Positions 56,408 to 64,000 of a DNA stretch of 64,000 nucleotides are shown here, one piece after another; within the stretch, counting starts at the first letter, position 1; each line of letters starts with the position of its first letter. The notes beneath the pieces were generated by a model. That model was not told the DNA's origin. It saw nothing but the letters and a program-made list of their open reading frames with translations, and ran no database searches. The position numbers and the translations under genes were made by a program. The DNA is from Alphaproteobacteria bacterium (GTDB lineage Bacteria; Pseudomonadota; Alphaproteobacteria; Rickettsiales; UBA8987), in contig JANPLD010000068.1 of NCBI GenBank assembly GCA_031426355.1, positions 71,477-135,476 of the forward strand, read 5' to 3'.

Positions 56408-56965
56408 TTAAATTAGTCCCTTGTCTTTAGCTGATTTGAAATATAGCCAACCCGTGTAGGCCGTTAATACCATAGCAGCCCAAAGAGCCGCGGCGCCTAG
56501 AATAAAGATGAATAAGAACTCTTCCGTATCACCAGCGGCAAGAAGTATGATTATGGCAATCATTTGTGTAGCAGTTTTCCATTTTGCAAGTTTGGTCACC
56601 GGCATATCAACAGAAGCCTTGGCGAGAAATTCCCTCAAGCCGGAAATGAATATCTCACGGCACATAATGCCAATTATAGGGATTATAAGTATATGCCCCA
56701 TATCTTTATCAAGAAGGAGCGCGAGGGCAGTTATAACTACAAGCTTATCGGCGATGGGATCCATCAGTTCGCCGAATTTGGTCTGGACATTCCACCTGCG
56801 GGAGAGGTATCCATCAAGGTAATCACTTATGCATGCTATAATAAAAAGCGTCGAAGTTACTGTTTTTAAACCTTCTTCCGTAAAATAAGCGATTACCAGA
56901 AATGGTATAATGGCGATTCTGCTAAATGTGAGACAATTGGGTATTTTTTCCTTAAATGATGCCAT
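56408..56965 (-). CDS. pgsA: CDP-diacylglycerol--glycerol-3-phosphate 3-phosphatidyltransferase
   Basis: PNCLTFSRIAIIP…DYLDGYLSRRWNVQTKFGELMDPIADKL is the CDP-alcohol phosphatidyltransferase motif. 185 aa. Confidence 0.92.
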   Translation of the reverse strand: MASFKEKIPNCLTFSRIAIIPFLVIAYFTEEGLKTVTSTLFIIACISDYLDGYLSRRWNVQTKFGELMDPIADKLVVITALALLLDKDMGHILIIPIIGIMCREIFISGLREFLAKASVDMPVTKLAKWKTATQMIAIIILLAAGDTEEFLFIFILGAAALWAAMVLTAYTGWLYFKSAKDKGLI

Positions 56966-57049
56966 CTGAAAATTATTTCTAACAGTTTATTGGATTTTCG
57001 CTTATAATTACTATATTAGAGCTACAGGAAACGCAATATTTATAGCATC

Positions 57050-57754
57050 ATGGGCGCCGGATATACAGACATAATATTTTTCGCGGTAGTCGCCGCTTTT
57101 TTAGTTCTTAAGCTTATCAGCGTTCTAGGGCGCAAGGATAGCGATGAGAAGGTAAATGAGATCGTCAAAAAGCATGATCAGGCAAAAGCCGCTTTTGAAG
57201 AAAGGATAGCTACAGCACAAAGGGCAAAACAGCCGGTTGCAGTACCTAAACTTTTGGTCGCTCCATTGCCTGTAATTGAAGAGATAGACGAAGTTGATTT
57301 TGGAAGTGACGAGATCAAGAAAACTATTGAAATTATCAAAGAGAAAGATGCCAGCTTTAATGTAAATAACTTTGTGATAGGTGCCAAAGGTGCTTTTGAT
57401 ATGGTTATGAAGGCGTTCAGCAAAAACAATAAAGAAACACTTAAGCTTTTATTGAGTGATGATGTTTATAAAACTATCTCAAAAATAGTTGATGAGAATA
57501 TTGCGCAGAATAAATTTGAAGAAAGATCGATAGTTTCAATTGATGCAAAAACAATTAGTGCGGCAGAATTATCAGAAAATATTGTTAAATTGAGGCTTAA
57601 TTTTGTCTCTGAGCAGATTAGCCTTGTTAAAGACAGGGAAGGAAAGTTAATCTCGGGTAATCCTACTAAGATCGAAGCGGTAGAGGATAGCTGGGAGTTC
57701 GAAAGAAATATCAGGTCAACTGACCCTAACTGGAAGATCACCGCAATATCTTAG
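57050..57754 (+). CDS. Tim44-like domain protein (alphaproteobacterial TimA/Tim44 family)
   Basis: An N-terminal TM (IIFFAVVAAFLVLKLISVLG) and a C-terminal Tim44-like domain (…GAKGAFDMVMKAFSKNNKETLKLLLSDDVY…VEDSWEFERNIRSTDPNWKITAI). Confidence 0.8.
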   Translation: MGAGYTDIIFFAVVAAFLVLKLISVLGRKDSDEKVNEIVKKHDQAKAAFEERIATAQRAKQPVAVPKLLVAPLPVIEEIDEVDFGSDEIKKTIEIIKEKDASFNVNNFVIGAKGAFDMVMKAFSKNNKETLKLLLSDDVYKTISKIVDENIAQNKFEERSIVSIDAKTISAAELSENIVKLRLNFVSEQISLVKDREGKLISGNPTKIEAVEDSWEFERNIRSTDPNWKITAIS

Positions 57755-57779
57755 GCAATTTATTACTCTGCCTTTTTAG

Positions 57780-58868
57780 ATGAAAACAATATCAGTATTT
57801 TTTGCCCTGCTGTTCTGCTTTGTGCTTTTTGCATGTGAAGTAGGGGTTATCCACAAGAAACAGGAAGTTCGCCAGACCAGCTATAAAAGTTTTTACGGCT
57901 GGAAATATGGCAATGTGGTTTTAGGTTATAAAGGTTTTATGGAAACCTGTAACGCCATTGACCAAGCCAGATGGCCGGGTAATACACTGTTCCGGGAAAA
58001 TAAGGAAGTCTGGCTGAATAAATGCAAAACAGGCAGAAACTACAAAACAAACCCGCAGGCATTCTTTGAAAAATATTTCAATCCTTATCTGGTTGAGGGT
58101 GAAAACGGTTATCAGGGAACATTTACGGGATATTACGAGATAGAAGTTAAAGGTTGTTTAAAGCCAACACCAACCTGTAAATATCCTATTTATGGAATTC
58201 CAAGAGACAGCTCTTTGTTAAATCTCACACGCGCGCAGATAGACCTTCAAGGCGCACTCAAAGGCAAAAATCTTGAGATCGCTTATACTGAAAGTTTAGG
58301 AAGGTTATATTTCCTGCATATTCAAGGAACCGGCAGGGTAGCACTTCCTGATGGAAAATTCCTGCATATTGGCTTTGCGGGAACTAATAATTATCAATAC
58401 AAGTCTTTTGCAGCTGACGTGATCGCAAATGGTAAAATGCCGCGCGATCAGTTAAGCGCCACTAAAATGATGGACTGGATAGACCGCAATGGTGAATTCG
58501 CCCGTAGGGAACTTACCAAGAACCAGCGCTATATATTCTTTGAACCACGGGATAACAGCCCCAGGGGTTCACAGGGCGTATATCTGACGCCGATGGGTTC
58601 AGTTGCAGTTGACAGGGAGTATATACCTCTTGGCACTCCACTCTGGGTGGAAACCGTATATCCTAAGGTTGCTTATGAAGGCCTGCCAAGAAATTTAACT
58701 TTCCTCGCCAATGCGCAAGATACCGGGGCCGCTATTAAAGGAGCAGTTCGCGCAGATATATTCTTTGGCGCCGGAACTTTTGCTGAAACAGTCTCAAGCG
58801 GCATGAAACAACAAGGAAAATATTATATACTCCTTCCTAAAGAGATAAGGGCGGATAAGTATTTTTAA
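57780..58868 (+). CDS. mltA: Membrane-bound lytic murein transglycosylase A
   Basis: Signal/lipobox-like N-terminus (FCFVLFAC), the MltA domain (…TGYYEIEVKG…LHIQGTGRV.LPDG…) and the 3D domain (…VAVDREYIPLGTPLWVET…AQDTGAAIKGAVRADIFFG). Confidence 0.88.
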   Translation: MKTISVFFALLFCFVLFACEVGVIHKKQEVRQTSYKSFYGWKYGNVVLGYKGFMETCNAIDQARWPGNTLFRENKEVWLNKCKTGRNYKTNPQAFFEKYFNPYLVEGENGYQGTFTGYYEIEVKGCLKPTPTCKYPIYGIPRDSSLLNLTRAQIDLQGALKGKNLEIAYTESLGRLYFLHIQGTGRVALPDGKFLHIGFAGTNNYQYKSFAADVIANGKMPRDQLSATKMMDWIDRNGEFARRELTKNQRYIFFEPRDNSPRGSQGVYLTPMGSVAVDREYIPLGTPLWVETVYPKVAYEGLPRNLTFLANAQDTGAAIKGAVRADIFFGAGTFAETVSSGMKQQGKYYILLPKEIRADKYF

Positions 58869-59573
58869 TTATTGTCTTCCTCTTTGCTCATTATTTTGAA
58901 TAGGAATATTATTTATGTTTCCATTACCGGCAATAGTAATACCTTGTTTAGCTAACCCTAAGTCTTTTGCTTTAACCATTCCCCAAAGAGCATCTGCTAC
59001 AGCCTTTTGTTGAGCTTTATCTCTATTTAAAGATACTCCTGTAGGGGTTTCCTTATCAAAAATCTTTAAGTCATCAATTTTATTAATGTCATTATGACCT
59101 TGTAAGATTACTCCTGAAACAATTTTTCCTTCAGAATTGGCAGTATAAATATAAGTATTTTTATCATCACAAAATCCCCTGATTACATTATTATCAGGAT
59201 AAAATTGTAATTTATCATAATCTCTTTCAAAAGATCCAATAACTACAAAAGAAGAATTCTTGATTGTTATAAAATCTTCATCCACTTTTTCCATATAACC
59301 TTTACCACTTGATAAATCTACCAAAGCAATAGAATTATTTATCTCTACAAAATCATCACGGCTTCCTACTGAAAGATCGCCAATGGAATTAATTAAGCTA
59401 ATCTGATCAACTGTATTTTTTAGAACCAGTACTGCATTAGTATTTTCCAAATTAAATTTGGTACTGGGTGGAATAAGAGCTTGAGTATCATTAAGAGTTT
59501 GATTTAAATTTCCACCTTTCTGGTTAACAATAATTACCGGATCGCCATTATTTTTTGTTTTCATAAGTTTCAT
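58869..59573 (-). CDS. Hypothetical protein (AT-rich orphan), divergent from the LysR gene
   Basis: The track ORF starts at TTG 59795 but would overlap the LysR gene by 136 nt. ATG 59573 (MKLMKTKNNGDPV…) is preferred. No recognisable motif. Confidence 0.45.
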   Translation of the reverse strand: MKLMKTKNNGDPVIIVNQKGGNLNQTLNDTQALIPPSTKFNLENTNAVLVLKNTVDQISLINSIGDLSVGSRDDFVEINNSIALVDLSSGKGYMEKVDEDFITIKNSSFVVIGSFERDYDKLQFYPDNNVIRGFCDDKNTYIYTANSEGKIVSGVILQGHNDINKIDDLKIFDKETPTGVSLNRDKAQQKAVADALWGMVKAKDLGLAKQGITIAGNGNINNIPIQNNEQRGRQ

Positions 59574-59659
59574 TTTTTGATTTCCAGAAAATATAGACAA
59601 AAATCTGTTATTGTTATAGTTAATAGTATTAAAGTTTATTGTTGAAGAATTGAATAGTA

Positions 59660-60631
59660 ATGAAAAACGATATAAATAATTTCTATTATAAAAATAACAG
59701 ACTTCAACAATTGCGGGGGTTTTGCTATGCCGCTCAATTTGGGAATATCTCAAAAGCAGCAGAGCGTATGAATTTAACTCACTCGACTGTATCAATACAA
59801 ATAAAAACTCTTGAAGAAGATTTTAAAATAAAACTCTTTGAAAGAAATGGCCCGAATATAAAAATAACAACTGACGGAGAAAGGCTACTGAAACTTTCTT
59901 TACCCTATATTGAAGGAATTGATAATCTACAGCTTGAATTTAAAAAAGAGCTAAAAATAGAAAAAAGAACCGAGTTCCATATAGCTACTAATAGCACTGG
60001 CCTAAATTTTATCCTGCCGAAAATAATGAAAAAATATCTTAACGCTAATAAAGATATTAATATTACGATTCATTATGCTGAATATCATGAAGCATTAAAA
60101 AAACTAAAATCTGGAGAAGTGGAATTAGCATTACTTCCAAAAAGGGAACATTTACCATTCCCTGATTATTCAGAATATTTACCGGTATTTTTCCATGAAG
60201 TTTCATTGATAACGCAGCTAAATCATCCTCTGGCTGGCAGGAAAAATCTTTCGGTTGAAGAAATAAGCAGATATCCTCTCACATTGCCTGCTGAAGACCT
60301 GAGAGTAATACCTGATCTTTACAATATATTTCCCAAGAATAATATTGATAAAAAACTCCGGATAAAATTTGTTAATTGGGAAACTACAAGAAAATATATT
60401 GAACAAGGGCTTGTTATAAGCATTTCATCAGATGTTATAATTTCTGACGAAGAAGATACGTTAATGGCGACTTCTCTTAAACATTTGTTTCCTAAAATAA
60501 GTTATGGATATGTTTCATTAAAAAATAAAGAGCTGCCAGAAAAAATCAATAATCTGATCGAAGCCTCAAGGGATATTTATTCTGAACGGAAGTGGAATAA
60601 AGTTTATAGAGATAAGAAAAAATCTAAATAG
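59660..60631 (+). CDS. LysR-family transcriptional regulator
   Basis: N-terminal wHTH LQQLRGFCYAAQFGNISKAAERMNLTHSTVSIQIKTLEEDFKIKLFER plus a roughly 200-aa substrate-binding domain. Confidence 0.88.
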   Translation: MKNDINNFYYKNNRLQQLRGFCYAAQFGNISKAAERMNLTHSTVSIQIKTLEEDFKIKLFERNGPNIKITTDGERLLKLSLPYIEGIDNLQLEFKKELKIEKRTEFHIATNSTGLNFILPKIMKKYLNANKDINITIHYAEYHEALKKLKSGEVELALLPKREHLPFPDYSEYLPVFFHEVSLITQLNHPLAGRKNLSVEEISRYPLTLPAEDLRVIPDLYNIFPKNNIDKKLRIKFVNWETTRKYIEQGLVISISSDVIISDEEDTLMATSLKHLFPKISYGYVSLKNKELPEKINNLIEASRDIYSERKWNKVYRDKKKSK

Positions 60632-61673
60632 ATTTTTTGTATATATTCAAACTATCTTCGCCTAATTTCTTAATTTCTTTTAGGTAAAATCTGCTGCTTT
60701 CAATTTCGTTTAAATTTAAATCACCGAATATAGAAACTGCGTCGTCACCAAATATTTTTGGCGCTGAAATAATCTGAATTTCATCAATAATATCTTCTTT
60801 CAGGAATGAAGTTGCCAGCGATGCACCGCCTTCTAGTAATATTCGGCAAATGCCTATATCAGAAAGTTTTTCTAGAACTTTCCTAAGGTCTAAATGATTA
60901 GAATTCGTTTTAGAAAGTTCAATATTTTCTTTTGTGAAAATTATTGTTTTATATTTATCTGTATCATGATGAATTTTTGCAATTTTTGGAATTTTGGAAT
61001 CCTTATCAATTACAACCCTTATCGGCGAATATTTTTCGAGGCCTTCCAGCCTTAAAGTTAGAGATGGATCGTCATTGATCACAGTATTTGCGCCGACCAT
61101 TATTGCATCATTACGATAGCGTAACATTTGTGAATATTGGCGAGCATATTCTGAAGTGACCCATTTGCTTTTGCCGTTTGAAAGGGCGATCTTTCCATCT
61201 AAGCTGGCACCCATTTTTAAAGTTACGAAAGGCAGTTTTTGAGTGATGGAGCGGAAGAAAGGGTAATTAATTTCCATTGCTTGTTTTTCACAAATTCCAG
61301 TCACGACTTCAATTCCGGCTTCCTGAAGGGCTTTGATACCGCCGCCATTAACTTTCGGGTTCACATCTTTATTTGCGATCACAACTTTTTTGATGCCGCT
61401 TGGGATAATAGAATTAACGCAAGGCGGGCTTTTACCGAAATGAGAACAAGGCTCCATCGTAACAAATAATATGGCATCTTTCAGGTCTTCTGGGTTAGCC
61501 TTATTTATTGCCGATACTTCTGCGTGGGTTTTGCCTTGGGGCTGGGTAAATGATGTGCTTATTATCTTACTATCTTTAACAATCACGCACCCGACCGGGG
61601 GGTTCGGGAATGTAGTGCCAACCGCTCTCTTAGCCAGTTCTATGGCTATTTTCATGTATTTGGTATAATTCAT
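60624..61673 (-). CDS. ribD: Bifunctional riboflavin biosynthesis protein RibD (deaminase/reductase)
   Basis: PNPPVGCVIV…HAEVSAI…MEPCSHFGKSPPC is the CDA zinc site. The C-terminal reductase domain contains SLDGKIA…GGASLATSFL. Confidence 0.93.
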   Translation of the reverse strand: MNYTKYMKIAIELAKRAVGTTFPNPPVGCVIVKDSKIISTSFTQPQGKTHAEVSAINKANPEDLKDAILFVTMEPCSHFGKSPPCVNSIIPSGIKKVVIANKDVNPKVNGGGIKALQEAGIEVVTGICEKQAMEINYPFFRSITQKLPFVTLKMGASLDGKIALSNGKSKWVTSEYARQYSQMLRYRNDAIMVGANTVINDDPSLTLRLEGLEKYSPIRVVIDKDSKIPKIAKIHHDTDKYKTIIFTKENIELSKTNSNHLDLRKVLEKLSDIGICRILLEGGASLATSFLKEDIIDEIQIISAPKIFGDDAVSIFGDLNLNEIESSRFYLKEIKKLGEDSLNIYKKSI

Positions 61674-61706
61674 TATACTAGTGAATTATCAGGTTTTTAT
61701 GTTAGA

Positions 61707-62150
61707 ATGGGGAAAAATATAGGCTTTATGCTGAGAATTACATCTATAATCTTACTTTCTTTCACTTTATCGTCATGCTCTTTCTTCAGCTGGGTCTGGA
61801 ATAAATTTGAAGGTATGGGCAGCCATATGCCTGTTTCTGGGTCGGCCCCAAGATGTACTGGAAGCGCTTTCTGCTTTAATAAAGGGCAGCAACCATTACC
61901 TGATCAAAGCTACTCTGAACAGGGCTATCCTGTTATGCCACCAGATAGTCAGCACCCTTCGCAATATCCAGACCAAACCATGATGCCACAAGGTTATAAT
62001 GCTACTTCGCAAAGCCAGGTGTATAATATGCAGATGCCAAATTATCAGCAGGATCCTTATTACCAGAATACTAATCCTTATCCGGCGATATCGCCGGTCA
62101 ATAATATGGTTTATGGGCAGCCAACACAGCCTAGGCAACCAGGTTACTAG
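61707..62150 (+). CDS. Putative lipoprotein with Pro/Gln/Tyr-rich low-complexity C-terminus
   Basis: Signal peptide plus lipobox (ILLSFTLSSC), followed by a P/Q/Y/M/N-rich region (…QYPDQTMMPQGYNATSQSQVYNMQMPNYQQDPYYQNTNPYP…). Confidence 0.6.
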   Translation: MGKNIGFMLRITSIILLSFTLSSCSFFSWVWNKFEGMGSHMPVSGSAPRCTGSAFCFNKGQQPLPDQSYSEQGYPVMPPDSQHPSQYPDQTMMPQGYNATSQSQVYNMQMPNYQQDPYYQNTNPYPAISPVNNMVYGQPTQPRQPGY

Positions 62151-62156
62151 AGCGTA

Positions 62157-62618
62157 TTATTTCTTTTCAGAACTTTTGATATTGTCGACGAAATCCTCGA
62201 AATCGCCTGCTTTGCTGAAATCTTTATATACAGATGCAAAACGTATATAGGCAACTTTATCTAGCTTGGAAAGCTCACGCATCACTTCCTCACCAATGAT
62301 GTTTGAAGTTATTTCGTTTTCACCTAATTTTTCGAATTTGCTGACTATCTTATCAACTATCGCTTCTATCTGCGCTTCAGTTACCGGGCGCTTTCGCGTT
62401 GAAAGCTGGATAGAGCGGGTGATCTTATCCCTATCAAATAATTTTTTCTCACCATTTCTTTTGGAAACAACAAGTTCACGAAGCTGCACTCTTTCAAAAG
62501 TCGTAAAACGCGAATCACATTTCGGGCAATATCTGCGGCGGCGTATAGAGCTGCCATCCTCAGAAGGTCGGGAATCTTTCACCTGTGTATCGTGAAAACT
62601 GCAAAACGGGCAACGCAT
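62157..62618 (-). CDS. nrdR: Transcriptional repressor NrdR
   Basis: [42 protein letters not shown] is the zinc ribbon, followed by an ATP-cone domain. 153 aa. Confidence 0.95.
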   Translation of the reverse strand: MRCPFCSFHDTQVKDSRPSEDGSSIRRRRYCPKCDSRFTTFERVQLRELVVSKRNGEKKLFDRDKITRSIQLSTRKRPVTEAQIEAIVDKIVSKFEKLGENEITSNIIGEEVMRELSKLDKVAYIRFASVYKDFSKAGDFEDFVDNIKSSEKK

Positions 62619-62631
62619 TCTATTAGTTGTT

Positions 62632-62692
62632 AGAGTTTAGTCTTTAGAGTTTAGAGGATAGAAGAAAAACTAAACTCTGTAAACTGGACTCT
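62632..62692. repeat. Intercistronic repeat/hairpin element C (AGAGTTTAG family), between the glyA stop and the nrdR start
   Basis: Plus-strand AGAGTTTAG occurs at 62632..62640 and 62646..62654 (14-nt spacing). The inverted CTAAACTCT is at 62670..62678 (a perfect 9-bp stem with the inner copy, plus an imperfect outer extension to 62692). A 22/28-nt block is shared with element A. Confidence 0.6.
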
Positions 62693-62697
62693 TTTAA

Positions 62698-64000
62698 CTA
62701 GAAACAAGCGTCATAAATAGGGAATTTAGCGCAAAGTGCTTCAACCTTATTTTTAACTTTTGTTTCTGTTTCAGTGTTATTTTCAGGGTTTTTAGCAAGA
62801 CCATCAAATACATCACCGATAAGATTTCCAATCTCTTCGAATTCTTTTGCACCAAATCCGCGGGTAGTTCCTGCAGGAGTTCCTAAGCGAACGCCTGAAG
62901 TAACGAAGGGTGGTTGTGGGTCAAAAGGGATAGCGTTCTTGTTACAAGTTAAACCTGCTCTTTCTAAAGACTCTTCCGCTGCTTTACCTGTAAGATTTTT
63001 AGGACGGAGATCACATAAAACAATGTGGTTGTCAGTTCCGCCGGAAACGATATTCAAACCGCGTTTGATAAGAGTTGCTGCGAGGATACGGGCGTTATCT
63101 ATAACCTGTTTTGCATATATCTTGAATTCAGGAGTGTTATCTTCCTTAAAGCAAACTGCCTTTGCAGCAATCACGTGAACTAATGGGCCGCCCTGTATAC
63201 CAGGGAAGATAGCTGAATTGATTGCGCTGGCTAAAGTTATATCATTACCTTTTGCTGTTTTACCAACTGCTTTTTCAGGGAAGTTAGAAAGGATCAAGCC
63301 GCCTCTAGGGCCTCTTAAAGTTTTGTGGGTAGTTGATGTTACAACATCTGCATATGGAAGTGGTGATGGGTATTCACCGGCTGCAACTAAGCCTGCAACG
63401 TGAGCCATATCAACGAGGAAATAAGCGCCAACTTTATCAGCGATTTCACGGAATCTTTTCCAGTCAACAACTCTTGGATATGCAGAGAAACCTGCGATTA
63501 TCAATTTCGGTTTATGCTCAATAGCGAGCTTTTCAACCTGATCATAATCAATAAGGCCATCAGCTTCTTTAACGCCATACTGAATAGAGTTGAACCATTT
63601 ACCTGACTGGTTTGGAGCTGCACCATGAGTCAAGTGACCACCTGCTGCAAGTGACTGGCCGAGAATAGTATCACCCGGCTTTATAAGGGCGGTAAACACT
63701 GCCTGATTTGCCTGAGAACCTGAATTTGGCTGAACGTTAGCGTATTTAGCGTTGAATAAAACGCAAGCTCTGTCTATTGCAAGCTGCTCAACTTTATCGG
63801 CATATTCGCAGCCGCCATAATATCTTTTTCCCGGATAACCTTCGGCGTATTTATTGGTAAATACCGAACCTTGAGCTGTCATTACTGCGCGTGATGCGAT
63901 ATTTTCAGAAGCAATAAGTTCTATTTGATTTTGCTGTCTTTTGAGTTCACCATCAATAGCGGATTTAAGTTCGCTATCAGTTTCTGCATAAGATGCGGTA
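62698..64000 (-). CDS. glyA: Serine hydroxymethyltransferase (5' end just beyond the window)
   Basis: …[39 protein letters not shown]… and [16 protein letters not shown] (PLP-Lys). The reading frame stays open upstream of the track's Met (63882) to the window edge (…[28 protein letters not shown]…). Confidence 0.95.
   Translation of the reverse strand, partial: TASYAETDSELKSAIDGELKRQQNQIELIASENIASRAVMTAQGSVFTNKYAEGYPGKRYYGGCEYADKVEQLAIDRACVLFNAKYANVQPNSGSQANQAVFTALIKPGDTILGQSLAAGGHLTHGAAPNQSGKWFNSIQYGVKEADGLIDYDQVEKLAIEHKPKLIIAGFSAYPRVVDWKRFREIADKVGAYFLVDMAHVAGLVAAGEYPSPLPYADVVTSTTHKTLRGPRGGLILSNFPEKAVGKTAKGNDITLASAINSAIFPGIQGGPLVHVIAAKAVCFKEDNTPEFKIYAKQVIDNARILAATLIKRGLNIVSGGTDNHIVLCDLRPKNLTGKAAEESLERAGLTCNKNAIPFDPQPPFVTSGVRLGTPAGTTRGFGAKEFEEIGNLIGDVFDGLAKNPENNTETETKVKNKVEALCAKFPIYDACF

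Overview
This is a visibly AT-rich, densely packed alphaproteobacterial chromosome segment. About 65 protein genes were called. No rRNA, tRNA, CRISPR array, transposase or integrase was recognised.

Housekeeping content:
- Respiration and replication: nuoL(partial)-K-J-I-H-G, gyrB, recF, dnaB, recA.
- Translation: rpsF-rpsR-rplI, rpmJ, glyS, ileS, alaS, valS, rlmH.
- Metabolism and envelope: galU, ppdK, panD, nrdB, nrdR, ribD, glyA(partial), hemC, nhaA, pgsA, mltA, and a Tim44-like gene.
- Flagellar: flgB-flgC-fliE.

Several features suggest a Rickettsiales-like or endosymbiont-type lineage. nuoG heads its own nuo block, IleRS is eukaryote-like type 2, ValRS is archaeal-type, and ppdK is present. 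This is inference only; no organism is identified.

Accessory or unusual content:
1. An RcGTA-type gene-transfer-agent remnant. Protease, HK97 capsid and gp6 adaptor are fused directly to the g12-g15 baseplate/fibre genes. The tube and tape-measure block is absent. The portal is detached and inverted 4.6 kb away. Three genes are disrupted: two by single-base homopolymer frameshifts and one by an in-frame TAG.
2. An orphan VirD4/TraG-like protein without a transmembrane domain and with a DE->NN Walker B motif. It is translationally coupled to a GNAT acetyltransferase.
3. Two tandem paralogous orphan genes downstream of a perfect 7-1-7 Fur-box palindrome. That palindrome lies in a region shared with the nuoG promoter.
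4. A conserved repeat/hairpin element (AGAGTTTAG copies at 14-nt spacing plus an inverted copy) immediately upstream of both nrdB and nrdR. A structurally analogous element lies between dnaB and an epimerase gene.
5. A relBE toxin-antitoxin pair.
6. Two short genes missed by the ORF track: rpmJ and a 29-aa Lys/Ala-rich basic peptide with a strong SD and terminator.

Coordinates of features outside the ORF track were anchored to neighbouring ORF-track coordinates by hand. No database search or computation was possible. All family assignments rest on recognised sequence motifs.
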